Shown: positions 1 through 9,026 of the stretch, piece after piece
How the letters are laid out: each line of letters opens with the position of its first letter
How positions within the stretch are numbered: the stretch's first letter is position 1
The notes under the pieces: model-generated
Databases searched by the model: none
Told to the model about the DNA's origin: nothing
The model's input: the letters and a program-made list of their open reading frames with translations, nothing else
Position numbers and translations under genes: made by a program
Origin: Thermodesulfobacteriota bacterium
GTDB lineage: Bacteria; Desulfobacterota; Desulfarculia; JACQYL01
Length of the DNA stretch: 64,000 nt
Reading direction: 5' to 3'
NCBI GenBank assembly: GCA_963675595.2
Contig: CAXXLZ010000002.1
Location: 1,152,001-1,216,000, forward strand

Positions 1-1411
1 TACGGGGTTCTTCTCCGGCCACGGAAGCTTCTATGGGATAGGTCTTCTCCTTGATCAAAGTGTTCCGCGCGGATCCCAGCAGAGCGGCGGAAGCGGCCGA
101 AGCGGCCGAAGCTTCCATGACGGAGTATGGAATATCCTTGGGGCCGGAGAATGCTCCGCAGACGAAAATCCCGGGACGTGAAGAAGCCACGGGGGAGAAA
201 CAGCTCCCCTCGGCGAACCCGTCCGCCGTCAACGCCACCCCCAACCGCTCGGCCAAGTCGCGAACCTCACGGGGAATCTCGAGCCCCACGGAAAGAACCA
301 CCATGTCGAAGACTTCGGCAATCACTTCGCCTTCTTCGGTCACATATTCCAGTTTGAGCTCTCCCGCGCCCCCGGGAACTTCCTCAATGCTGTGCACCCG
401 ATTCCGGATGAACCGGACCCCGGACTCTTTTTCGGCCCGAACGTAGTAACGTTCAAACTCCTTGCCGTACGTACGCATGTCCATGAAGAAGACGGCCGTG
501 TCCAGGTCCTCCCCCGCGTGTTCTTTCGCAATGACCGCCTCTTTGATGGCGTACATGCAACACACCCCGGAGCAATAGCCGTGTCCCATCTGCACGTCAC
601 GGGAGCCGATGCATTGCAGCCAAGCGATCTTTTTCGGTTTGGCCTTGTCGGACGGCCTCACCAAATGTCCTTCGTATGGGCCCGAGGCACTGAGAATCCG
701 CTCAAATTCGGGACTGGTCACCACATTGGGAAAACGACCATACCCGTATCGATGGTAGGGAGTGGGATCGAAGGCTTTGAAACCCGGCGAGAGGATCACG
801 GAACCCACGTTGATGTGGTGTTCTTTAGGCTCCTGGCTGAAATCCACGGCCCCGGCGGGACAAAATTTCTCGCAGGCCCGGCACTTGCCCTTTTTGAAAT
901 AGATGCAGTGGTCCGGATCGATGGCGTACTTCAGGGGAACGGCCTGGGGATACTCGACATACGCCGCCTTGCGCTGACTCAGGCCCTGATTGAAGGTGTC
1001 CTCCACCTTCTTGGGGCATTTCTCGGCGCAGATTCCACAGGCGATGCACTTCTCCATATTCACGTACCGGGGCTTTTCCGCCACCGTGACCGTGAAGTCT
1101 CCCGCCTCTCCCTCGATGGATCGAACATCCGCCATGGTCATCAGTTGGATGTTCAGATGTCGCCCGGCTTCAACCAGCTTGGGCGAAAGAATGCACATGG
1201 AACAGTCATTGGTGGGGAACGTCTTGTCCAACTGGGCCATCACGCCCCCGATGGCGGACGATTTTTCCACCAAGTACACGTAGTATCCTGAATTGGCCAA
1301 ATCCAGCGCCGCTTGGATCCCGGCGACCCCGCCTCCCACCACCATGACGGAGCCCACGGGGGTTTTTCCCGCACCGCCGTTCCCGCTGCCTGGGGATTGT
1401 CCGTTTGTCAT
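1..1411 (-). CDS. hdrA: Heterodisulfide reductase subunit A-like FAD/Fe-S protein (3' end runs off the window)
   Basis: Missing from the ORF track because there is no stop in the window. Manual translation from ATG 1411 (GAGGG RBS) gives VMVVGGGVAGIQAALDLA..MAQLDKTFPTNDCSMCILSPKL, WLQCIGSRD..YCSGVCCMYAIKEA and GIFVCGAFSGPKDIP. Confidence 0.93.
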   Translation of the reverse strand, partial: MTNGQSPGSGNGGAGKTPVGSVMVVGGGVAGIQAALDLANSGYYVYLVEKSSAIGGVMAQLDKTFPTNDCSMCILSPKLVEAGRHLNIQLMTMADVRSIEGEAGDFTVTVAEKPRYVNMEKCIACGICAEKCPKKVEDTFNQGLSQRKAAYVEYPQAVPLKYAIDPDHCIYFKKGKCRACEKFCPAGAVDFSQEPKEHHINVGSVILSPGFKAFDPTPYHRYGYGRFPNVVTSPEFERILSASGPYEGHLVRPSDKAKPKKIAWLQCIGSRDVQMGHGYCSGVCCMYAIKEAVIAKEHAGEDLDTAVFFMDMRTYGKEFERYYVRAEKESGVRFIRNRVHSIEEVPGGAGELKLEYVTEEGEVIAEVFDMVVLSVGLEIPREVRDLAERLGVALTADGFAEGSCFSPVASSRPGIFVCGAFSGPKDIPYSVMEASAASAASAALLGSARNTLIKEKTYPIEASVAGEEPR

Positions 1412-1466
1412 GTTATCCCTCGCTTTGATCCGGTTTGCTGGTTCCGATCCCCTGGGGGAAAATCCG

Positions 1467-2342
1467 TCATATGCCCGCCGCCGCCAGGACCGAAGGTAAT
1501 TTCTCCTCCCACCCGATGGTGGAAATCAGGACTCCCGCGGCTCCTTCCTCTTTGAAGGCTCGAATCAATTCGCCCGATATATGAATGCACTCCCGGGTTC
1601 TCTCCGGAGACTTCTGGATTCGGCCGATGATCTCTTCAGGGACACTTACGTGAGGCAGGTTGCGGTCGATGTATCGAGCCATTCCGACGGACTTGAGCAG
1701 GAGCACCGTGGGGAATATTTTCCCCTTGCGACCTTCCATCTTTTTCATCAGTCCACTCAATACCGATGGATCGAACACCGGTGGGGTTACGAAGAATTCC
1801 GCCCCGAGCTCGGCCTTCTTGTCGAGATTTTCCAGCTCAAGGTCCAACGCTCCCCCGCTCAAGCCCGCGTTCATTGTTGAACCCACCAGAAATCGTGGAG
1901 TTCCCTGGAGGTCCACGCCCCCCAAGTCTCGGCCCGAAGCCAGGGTCCCGATGGAGGAAAGCAGCTCGAACAAATCCAGGTCGTTCACCGGACGGGCCTT
2001 GGGATGATCTCCGTAGCTTGGATCCTCCCCGGTCACCGCCATGATATTGGTCACCCCCAAAGCGGCTCCGGCCAGCAGGTCCGCTTGAAGAGCCAGACGG
2101 TTCCGATCCCGGCAACAGACCTGCATCACCGTCTCGAATCCCCTGCTCTGGAGTAACACCGAACCGCCCAGAGAGCTCATGCGCATGACCGCATTGCTCA
2201 TCTCCGGCACCACGAAGGCGTCCACCTTCCGTTTCACTCCGGCTGCGTGCGCCGCCATCAACGATCCATCGGCGCCTTTGGGCGGTTCCATTTCCGCGAG
2301 AACGGCGAACTCCCCGGCGTTCAGTCTCTTTTGTAACTGCAT
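1467..2342 (-). CDS. metF: Methylenetetrahydrofolate reductase (MetF-like)
   Basis: EMEPPKG, MQVCCRDRNRLALQADLLAG, TGEDP and FFVTPPVFD motifs. Confidence 0.9.
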   Translation of the reverse strand: MQLQKRLNAGEFAVLAEMEPPKGADGSLMAAHAAGVKRKVDAFVVPEMSNAVMRMSSLGGSVLLQSRGFETVMQVCCRDRNRLALQADLLAGAALGVTNIMAVTGEDPSYGDHPKARPVNDLDLFELLSSIGTLASGRDLGGVDLQGTPRFLVGSTMNAGLSGGALDLELENLDKKAELGAEFFVTPPVFDPSVLSGLMKKMEGRKGKIFPTVLLLKSVGMARYIDRNLPHVSVPEEIIGRIQKSPERTRECIHISGELIRAFKEEGAAGVLISTIGWEEKLPSVLAAAGI

Positions 2343-2359
2343 CCGATCTTCCTCCCGCG

Positions 2360-2737
2360 CTATTGGGACGAGCGCACCAAAGCGTTGGAAATAGCGAGCA
2401 TCAACTCATCCATGCCGAACGATTTTACGTGATAGTAGAAGATGCCCTTTTGCCTGATGCAACTCTCAAGTTCAGGGTTGTTTTCATCGGCGGTCACGAT
2501 GATGGGCAGCTTCTTGTGCAGCCCTTTAATGATGGATATGGCCTCGTATCCCAATCCTTCCGCCAACCCGGCGTCCATGACCAACACGTTGATCTTCTCA
2601 CTCTGCAGCGTGACGAGGAGGTCCTTGAGGTTGTTTACCTTAATGAGTTGGTATCCGGTCTCCGAAACCCACGGATTCAATCCCGCAGCCAACTCTCCGG
2701 CAGTTTCCGCGATCAGAAGCGTACCCATTCGTTCCAT
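2360..2737 (-). CDS. Single-domain response regulator receiver
   Basis: Receiver-like pattern (LVMD, LPIIVTA, YHVKSF); likely start MERMG at 2737. Confidence 0.75.
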   Translation of the reverse strand: MERMGTLLIAETAGELAAGLNPWVSETGYQLIKVNNLKDLLVTLQSEKINVLVMDAGLAEGLGYEAISIIKGLHKKLPIIVTADENNPELESCIRQKGIFYYHVKSFGMDELMLAISNALVRSSQ

Positions 2738-2810
2738 CGTCACCTTACCCTGGGGCCGAGTCAGGAGGTCTGATGCCCTGCGAGGCCGATTCCCCACGGC
2801 CCTTCGAAAG

Positions 2811-2827
2811 TGCAACTACCGTGCCCA
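2811..2827 (-). promoter_or_regulatory. Sigma-54 (-24/-12) promoter of the receiver-metF-hdrA operon
   Basis: Minus strand TGGGCACGGTAGTTGCA (GG-N10-GC); IHF-like AAATCAGTAGGTTA at 2843-2856. Confidence 0.8.
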
Positions 2828-3165
2828 TGACTTGCCACATGGTAACCTACTGATTTCGTAATGCTTTATTAATATTTCCGCTTGTAACTATGTGATACAC
2901 GCCTGGGGCGCTTTTTCCGGTAATCTCTTGGAGTAAACCATAACTATCTAATTAAATGATACTTTTTGCTAAACGGGTAATTATACCCCAACTGTTACCT
3001 CTTTACGCGGCGTACAGGCTCGGAAACATCCTCGGCCAACGCCGCCGAACGCCGAGCGCTCTCCAATTGACCGAACCTCCCGCGTCGGCTATTTTGCTTG
3101 GCAGGCTTCCAGGCTGATGGAACGGCAAAATTGATCGCATAACGGCAACGGCGGTTGGAGAGACG

Positions 3166-3981
3166 ATGGACGGGACCTCGAAAAAAACGGATTCCCATGA
3201 GCTGCTGAAGTTGGCTCGCTCCCTCGAGGACGCGGTCCGCGGCAGAAGTTCCGAAGGAATCCTTGAATTCGCGGGTCCGGAACATCCGGAAGCGCTTCGG
3301 CGCATCGCTTTGGCCGTCGCCGGCCTCGTGGAGCAGAAGCAGTCCCGCGAAGAACAATTGGAGGCGCTCATTGAGGAGCTGAAATCCCTCAATAGGCGCA
3401 TCAGGCAGGGGGCGCTGCAGACCGTGGCCGCCATCGCCGGAGCCCTGGGCGCGCGGGACGCCTACAGCGAGGGGCATGCCCAACGTGTGGCCGAGTACGC
3501 CTTGCGTCTCGGTCGACGCTACGGACTCCCATCGGACGAGTTGGAGTATGTTCGGATCGGGGGACTCCTCCACGACATCGGCAAGATCGGATTCAGCGAC
3601 AGGATGTTTCGTAATGAAAACAGGACGTCCGACAACGGGATGGCGGACGAAATCCAACGCCACCCTCGCATCGGAAGTGAGATTCTTCAAAACCTGGAAT
3701 TCTTGGGTCCGGCTCTCGATTACGTTCGCAACCACCATGAACGCATCGACGGCGCAGGGTATCCTCGAGGCCTGTCCGGGAAACAGGTTCCCATCGGCGC
3801 CCAGATCGTGGCCGTGGCCGATTGCTTCGACGCCATGATTACGGACCGTCCTTATAGAAAAGGAATGAGATTGGAGGACGCCTTCGGCGAACTTCGCAAA
3901 CTGGCGGGAAAGGCTTTTTCCAGGGATTTGGTGGAAGTGTTCATCCACGAGATTCAGGACCCTTTGCTGCCGGCTGAGTAA
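3166..3981 (+). CDS. HD-GYP domain c-di-GMP phosphodiesterase
   Basis: LLHDIGKIG, HHERIDGAGYP, ADCFDAMITDRPY. Confidence 0.92.
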   Translation: MDGTSKKTDSHELLKLARSLEDAVRGRSSEGILEFAGPEHPEALRRIALAVAGLVEQKQSREEQLEALIEELKSLNRRIRQGALQTVAAIAGALGARDAYSEGHAQRVAEYALRLGRRYGLPSDELEYVRIGGLLHDIGKIGFSDRMFRNENRTSDNGMADEIQRHPRIGSEILQNLEFLGPALDYVRNHHERIDGAGYPRGLSGKQVPIGAQIVAVADCFDAMITDRPYRKGMRLEDAFGELRKLAGKAFSRDLVEVFIHEIQDPLLPAE

Positions 3982-3992
3982 GAAAAACGGAT

Positions 3993-4042
3993 TCATTCAC
4001 AGGGTCGCCCGGGGGACCCATGTTCCCCCGGACCTCCATATG
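3993..4042 (+). repeat. Hairpin repeat family F (reverse-complement copy ~39809-39856; variant ~22590-22622)
   Basis: CACAGGGTCGCC(C)GGGGGACCCATGTTCCCCCGGAC. Confidence 0.75.
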
Positions 4043-4265
4043 CGGGCTTTGCCGCTTCACGAGATGTAGGGAACGTTGAAAATCAGGAAGGAACGCTGGT
4101 TCTCCCTCAGCCTCTCCGCCGGAGGGTGTCAGCCTGTTAGAGATGTTTTTGGGGGCGGGGGCGACTTTCGAAAGAGTCCTCCTGGTGAACGCCCACGGAA
4201 AAACCGTCGGTCGTGTTGCCTTCCCTCCGCGCCTTTTTTAAAAAATATGTTATCATTGCCGCACG

Positions 4266-6197
4266 ATGACCACCCGGAAGCCCCCATCTGCGTGTGCAAA
4301 CGCACCGCCTGAAACCGACCCCCAAACCTCCGATCTCAGTCGGCCGGCGGAACCTCGTTTCGAAGCCGACGCGACTTCCGAGCCCCGGGAATCCGATCTC
4401 CTTCAAACCAGGGAAGCCCTCCGCCGTCGATCGCATGAACTGGGGGAACGGATCAAAGAGCTCAACTGCCTTTACGGCATCTACCGACTGGTGGAACAAC
4501 CGGACTTGTCCCTGGAGGAGATTTTTGAGGGCGTGGTCCGCTTGATCCCCCCTTCATGGCAATACCCCCACATCACACAGGCCTGCATCGAATACCTCGG
4601 AAACGATTACCGCACACCCGAGTTCCGGCCCACCGTCTGGATACAGAGTTCTCCCGTGGTTGCCGGCGGCGTACCCGTCGGCACGGTCTCGGTATGCTAC
4701 GCTCAGGAATGTCCTTCCAGCGATGAAGGACCGTTCCTCAAGAAAGAGAGGAACCTGCTTGATGCCGTCGCTCGCCATCTGGGAACCATCATCGAGCGCA
4801 AACAAGCAGAGGAGGCTCTCGAAGAATCCATGGACCTTTACCGAACTCTGGCCGAACACGTGGCCGACGGGGTGACTCTGGTACAGGACGGACGCTTCCT
4901 TTTCGCCAACGTGGCTTTCGCGGCCATGTTGGGCTGCTCCGGGCCGGCGGGACTGGTGGGCGGAAAAGTGGAGGAGATTTTCGCGGGGGAGCGCTTTGAA
5001 GGGATTCGCGACAAGTATCGCAATCCGGAAAAGACCGAGGAGGCGCGACCCGTATTCCGGGTGCGTTTCGAAACTCGCGAGGTCGGGGAATGCTGGATGG
5101 AAGGATATCATCATTTCCTCACCTGGAAAGGTCGTCCCGCTCTGCTCACCACCTTGCGCGACATTACCGAGAGACGGGTTCGCGAAATGGCGATCCGAGA
5201 AGAAGCCGAGCAACTTCGCAGGGAAAACCTCCGGCTCCGTTCATCGATTCGGGAACGCTACCGTTTCGGCCACTTGGTGGGTAAAAGCACGGCCATGCAG
5301 GAAGTCTACAGACTCGTGCTCAAGGCCTCGGAAACGGACGTGCCTGTGGTGATTTCCGGAGAGTCCGGTACGGGGAAGGAACTCATCGCGCGAACCGTTC
5401 ACGAAATGAGCACGAGAAGCGACAAGCCTTTTGTGGCCGTCAACTGTGGGGCGGTCCCGGAAACCCTGTTCGAAAGTGAATTTTTCGGTCACCGGAAAGG
5501 GGCATTCACCGGAGCCTACGCCCACAAACGCGGTTTCTTCGACTCGGCGCACGGCGGCAGTCTGTTCTTGGACGAAATCAGCGAACTGACGCCCAACATG
5601 CAGGCCAAGCTGTTGAGAGCCCTCGAAGGCTCCGGATACATCCCCGTTGGAGGCGACCGCGTGCGTCGAGCGGACGTGCGTATTCTGGCGGCGACCAACG
5701 TGCCCCTTCGGGAACGCGTCCGCAAGGGTTTGATGCGCGAGGATTTCTTCTATCGTCTCAATGTGGTGTCCATACCGGCCCCGCCCTTAAGGGAAAGAAA
5801 GGAAGACATCCCTTTGTTGGTGGAACACTTCCTCAAGACCTCGGCCAAGAACGGCCCGCCGCGTACCATTCCTTTGAACGTGATGGACGCCCTGCTGAAT
5901 TACCCCTGGCCGGGAAACGTGAGAGAGTTGCAGAACGTGGTTCAACGCTACGTCACGTTGAATCGATTGGACTTTTTGGACTCGGCGGGTGGAGATATGC
6001 TTGGAGAAGAGGACCTCCACGGTGATCTCGAGGAAGACGGACAATGGAGTCTTCGGGAGGCAATGAGCCGATACGAAAGAAAACTCATTTCCGCCGCGTT
6101 GTCCCGCACGCGATGGCGTCGAGGCAAGGCTGCGGCCCTGTTGGGCGTGGACCGGAAGACGCTGTTCCGCAAGATGAAGGAGCTGGGGCTCGGATAG
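4266..6197 (+). CDS. PAS-domain sigma-54 enhancer-binding protein (NtrC/Fis family)
   Basis: GESGTGKE, GAFTGA, LFLDEI, WPGNVRELQN and a C-terminal Fis HTH. Confidence 0.95.
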   Translation: MTTRKPPSACANAPPETDPQTSDLSRPAEPRFEADATSEPRESDLLQTREALRRRSHELGERIKELNCLYGIYRLVEQPDLSLEEIFEGVVRLIPPSWQYPHITQACIEYLGNDYRTPEFRPTVWIQSSPVVAGGVPVGTVSVCYAQECPSSDEGPFLKKERNLLDAVARHLGTIIERKQAEEALEESMDLYRTLAEHVADGVTLVQDGRFLFANVAFAAMLGCSGPAGLVGGKVEEIFAGERFEGIRDKYRNPEKTEEARPVFRVRFETREVGECWMEGYHHFLTWKGRPALLTTLRDITERRVREMAIREEAEQLRRENLRLRSSIRERYRFGHLVGKSTAMQEVYRLVLKASETDVPVVISGESGTGKELIARTVHEMSTRSDKPFVAVNCGAVPETLFESEFFGHRKGAFTGAYAHKRGFFDSAHGGSLFLDEISELTPNMQAKLLRALEGSGYIPVGGDRVRRADVRILAATNVPLRERVRKGLMREDFFYRLNVVSIPAPPLRERKEDIPLLVEHFLKTSAKNGPPRTIPLNVMDALLNYPWPGNVRELQNVVQRYVTLNRLDFLDSAGGDMLGEEDLHGDLEEDGQWSLREAMSRYERKLISAALSRTRWRRGKAAALLGVDRKTLFRKMKELGLG

Positions 6198-6390
6198 CGG
6201 CCCCGAAACCCCATTATGGGTCAATATTGCCCCATTCAGATAGCTTCCTATAATAATTCATAAAATTATAATTTTGACTTCCGCTCCGAGGCAATAACGC
6301 CCCATCACAACCCTCCCCCCGGAATCTGCGCCTCCTCCTCCAACCCATTTATTTAGATAATTTCAAATAGTTAAGTCCAAATAAAACGAT

Positions 6391-6407
6391 CCGGCACCCT
6401 ATTTGCC
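6391..6407 (+). promoter_or_regulatory. Sigma-54 promoter with upstream palindromic activator sites
   Basis: CCGGCACCCTATTTGCC (GG-N10-GC); palindrome TGGGTCAATATTGCCCCA at 6217-6234 and related site at 6287-6304; IHF-like TTTCAAATAGTTA at 6361-6373. Confidence 0.7.
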
Positions 6408-6481
6408 TTAGGTATGGTGGAAGTCCGCACGATCGCGAACAACGAGACTGCTCAACCTCTCATAATATGGAGGATCATACC

Positions 6482-6598
6482 ATGAGTGGAACCGCTGATA
6501 TCATTCTTACGACTTGCGTGTTCTGGGTCTTCTGCTTCATCTATCTCTGTGGCATGGCGAGCCGCCGTGCAGACCGTCGCTCCGACCGATTCGCATGA
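6482..6598 (+). CDS. 38-aa small hydrophobic peptide
   Basis: GGAGG RBS, then ATG..TGA encoding MSGTADIILTTCVFWVFCFIYLCGMASRRADRRSDRFA; a hairpin (6602-6638) follows the stop. Confidence 0.6.
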   Translation: MSGTADIILTTCVFWVFCFIYLCGMASRRADRRSDRFA

Positions 6599-6822
6599 TC
6601 CCGTTTCGCCTTTCTTCCCGCCATGGAAGGGCGAAACGAATTGAAGCTCCTGGAATATTCGAGATCCGTCAACTCCAACCCGAAACCGGACCCACCGAAC
6701 CACACCCCGTTTCGGTTCGGCGGGTCCACCTTCCGATACGATTCTAGACACCTGTGGAAACTCGATGTAACAGCGCCGAAGCTGATGTATGAAATTTCCG
6801 CTTCCCGACAAGCGCTTGAAAA

Positions 6823-6985
6823 TGAAGTGGACCCCTGAAATGGGACCACGGGTTAAGGTATACCGACCCGAGGCGAAAGAAAGGGGACACGGATGAAAAA
6901 GCGACGACGTTTCACTACGGATTTCAAGGCGAAGGTGGCGCTGGAGGCGATCAAAGGTCAACAACCGGAAGTGGACCCCAAAACC
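6823..6985 (+). mobile_element. IS3-family remnant (left end plus start of orfA)
   Basis: TGAAGTGGACCCC.. end; ATG 6893 gives MKKRRRFTTDFKAKVALEAIKGQ; a second GAAGTGGACCCC end copy lies at ~6968. Confidence 0.75.
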
Positions 6986-7806
6986 GAAAGAGCCGTCATT
7001 ACAGTAGTTTTTTAAAGAGGGACACAGCTTTCAAGAAATAATATGAAGTTATGAGATTTGGGTTGCTACAAGATGTTGATGTGAGCTGAGAGTAGACCCT
7101 ATATGTAATGTAGTATCAGGCCATAAACGTCTTAAATATAGATCAATTTAGCATATGCTATAGATATTTGAAAAATTGAGTGCCGCCAAGACCTGAGATA
7201 TACCTAAGACTTCCGTGAGTGCGCCCACCTCCCCGAATCTTAGCTGAAATATCTTATCACCACAATATATTGGGGCAACCAGTCCCCCCCCTATCCGGAT
7301 ATCCGAAAGGAGTACCTGCATCAGCCCGGTGCCCGAGCAGCCCACTTCTAATCAACAATACCAAATGAAACCTCGAAATGAAACAGCAGACCGGTAACTC
7401 TGTGAAGGGATACGATCGATATAATTTGACAATCGGTGCCGTCGGATCAATTGCTGCCCGTGGGCTGCAAGGAGTTGCCGGTCCGCCAGGTCCTGAAGGA
7501 ATTCATTGCCGACGAGTTCGCAAGAACCTCTTATCGAAGATAGGTAGTTGAGAACATGGCTTAAGACGGTCTTTAAGGATTGACATCCTTATTGGGTCTT
7601 GCATAATAATAACTATCTGAGTTGGTTAACGATATGTTCCGAAGGGTTTGTTCTGTTTCGGCCTGAGAGGACCCTGAAGACTATTTTCCACCACGATATC
7701 CGCCGGTCCGGCACTTGCCGCTTTCCATGATCAATGAGGGCTCTTTTCGGCTTTTTTATTGTGAGGACAACGGCAAACCCGTCGCCGTCCTCGTCGGGGA
7801 CGGGTC

Positions 7807-8211
7807 ATGCTTTCTGTTTTCATGAAGGCCACGGCCGGCAACGTCAAGAGGTTCGTCCAAAGCAGCCTTGAAAGCAAAATGTTTGCCGCAGGTGCGGCAG
7901 AAGAGCAGGCCGTGACTTTTTTCCTTGCCGTACTTGCCGCATAACGCGATGTCGCCTTGGTTGCAGAACCCGTAATTCTTAAACGTTTCGTTCGGACAGA
8001 AGCATCTCTCAAGTTCGGTAAACGATTGCCCACTTGGAAAGTGAAGTCACTTCGGGCAATTTTCATCGATACGCTTTCCGGCCCCAAGTACATGGGAACC
8101 TTACCAAGGGTCTATGATGTGTCTGGAAGGAGCATACAGCTCATCCCCACACATGAAGCACGTGAAACCGCTGGATCCGTCTTGGAGTTTTTGAAGAAAT
8201 ATTCGGGCTAA
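7807..8211 (+). pseudogene. Possible pseudogene with internal TAA
   Basis: The frame from ATG 7807 hits TAA after 45 codons and continues in frame into ORF 7957-8211; TTGACA-N17-CATAAT promoter at ~7580. Confidence 0.3.
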
Positions 8212-8289
8212 ACAAGGCTGAAAAGGCAATCGAGATAACCTGTTTGTGTTTCGGCAGTAAATCTGTCGGGCGACGGAAAGGAGAATCAA

Positions 8290-8595
8290 ATGGTTTACGT
8301 GATTCGATCATCATGGCCTATGGAAGAAACTAAAGAAGTTCTTAAGGCTACCATGCAATTGCCGCCGATACCCGATTACATCAATCGCAGGGTGTATTCT
8401 TCAAGCGATTTAGGAGAGGGAATTGAATGTTTTGATATCTACGAGTTCGACGCCTCCAAAATCAATGAAGCGACGGAATTCCTGTATTCGCGAATTCAAG
8501 CCTTCTTCGGCGTATCGGGTTTTTCCTATGACATCAAGCCGTGGATGGACGAGCAGGAAGTCATGGCTTTCTCCGCAAAACTGATGTCCGCGTAA
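8290..8595 (+). CDS. Hypothetical protein (101 aa)
   Basis: AAGGAG RBS, protein-like composition, downstream hairpin at ~8605-8634. Confidence 0.75.
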   Translation: MVYVIRSSWPMEETKEVLKATMQLPPIPDYINRRVYSSSDLGEGIECFDIYEFDASKINEATEFLYSRIQAFFGVSGFSYDIKPWMDEQEVMAFSAKLMSA

Positions 8596-9026
8596 ACGGG
8601 ACGTCGGGACAGAGCCTTCAAAGGCCCTGTCCCGAGTGGATTTCGCGTCATTCCGACCTACGGCGCATGCCTTTATATGTGCGCAAAAGCGGCTTTGTCG
8701 TATGGTATTATGAAATATCTCCCTTAACTGCCGAAACCTTCCCCTTGCTTTCGGGGCCGGCAGGACTTTGAGGGGCAGCCTGCCCGAATCCCGCTTTTAT
8801 TCGTAACTTCAGACCACTACAACAGATATCACCGTAAATCCTCTCCATTGCTCATCTCTGCCCATTATCGTCTGAGACAAGAGAAGAGCAGGCAATCCAC
8901 GTAGTGTTGCCTACTCTTCAGGCTTATCTTTGGAGATTCGGACCTCACTCCGTGTGAAGCAACGGCTCGACGGTCGAAACCGATCCGAGGCCTCGCGGCT
9001 CTACCCGGTGACGCACCGGTCGTCTT

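Noticed and set aside
392-1291. 299-aa plus-strand ORF and similar long antisense ORFs (45302-47071, 57953-59416, 54960-56147)
   Set aside because: Shadows of real genes on the opposite strand in GC-rich DNA
6596-6838. Possible Sec readthrough from the 38-aa peptide into in-frame ORF 6623-6838
   Set aside because: No Cys-like context; the downstream frame crosses hairpins and an IS end
7765-7810. GGCAAACCCGTC..GACGGG resembling a c-di-GMP-I riboswitch
   Set aside because: Lacks the GNRA loop and the following GCAAAG/P2 elements
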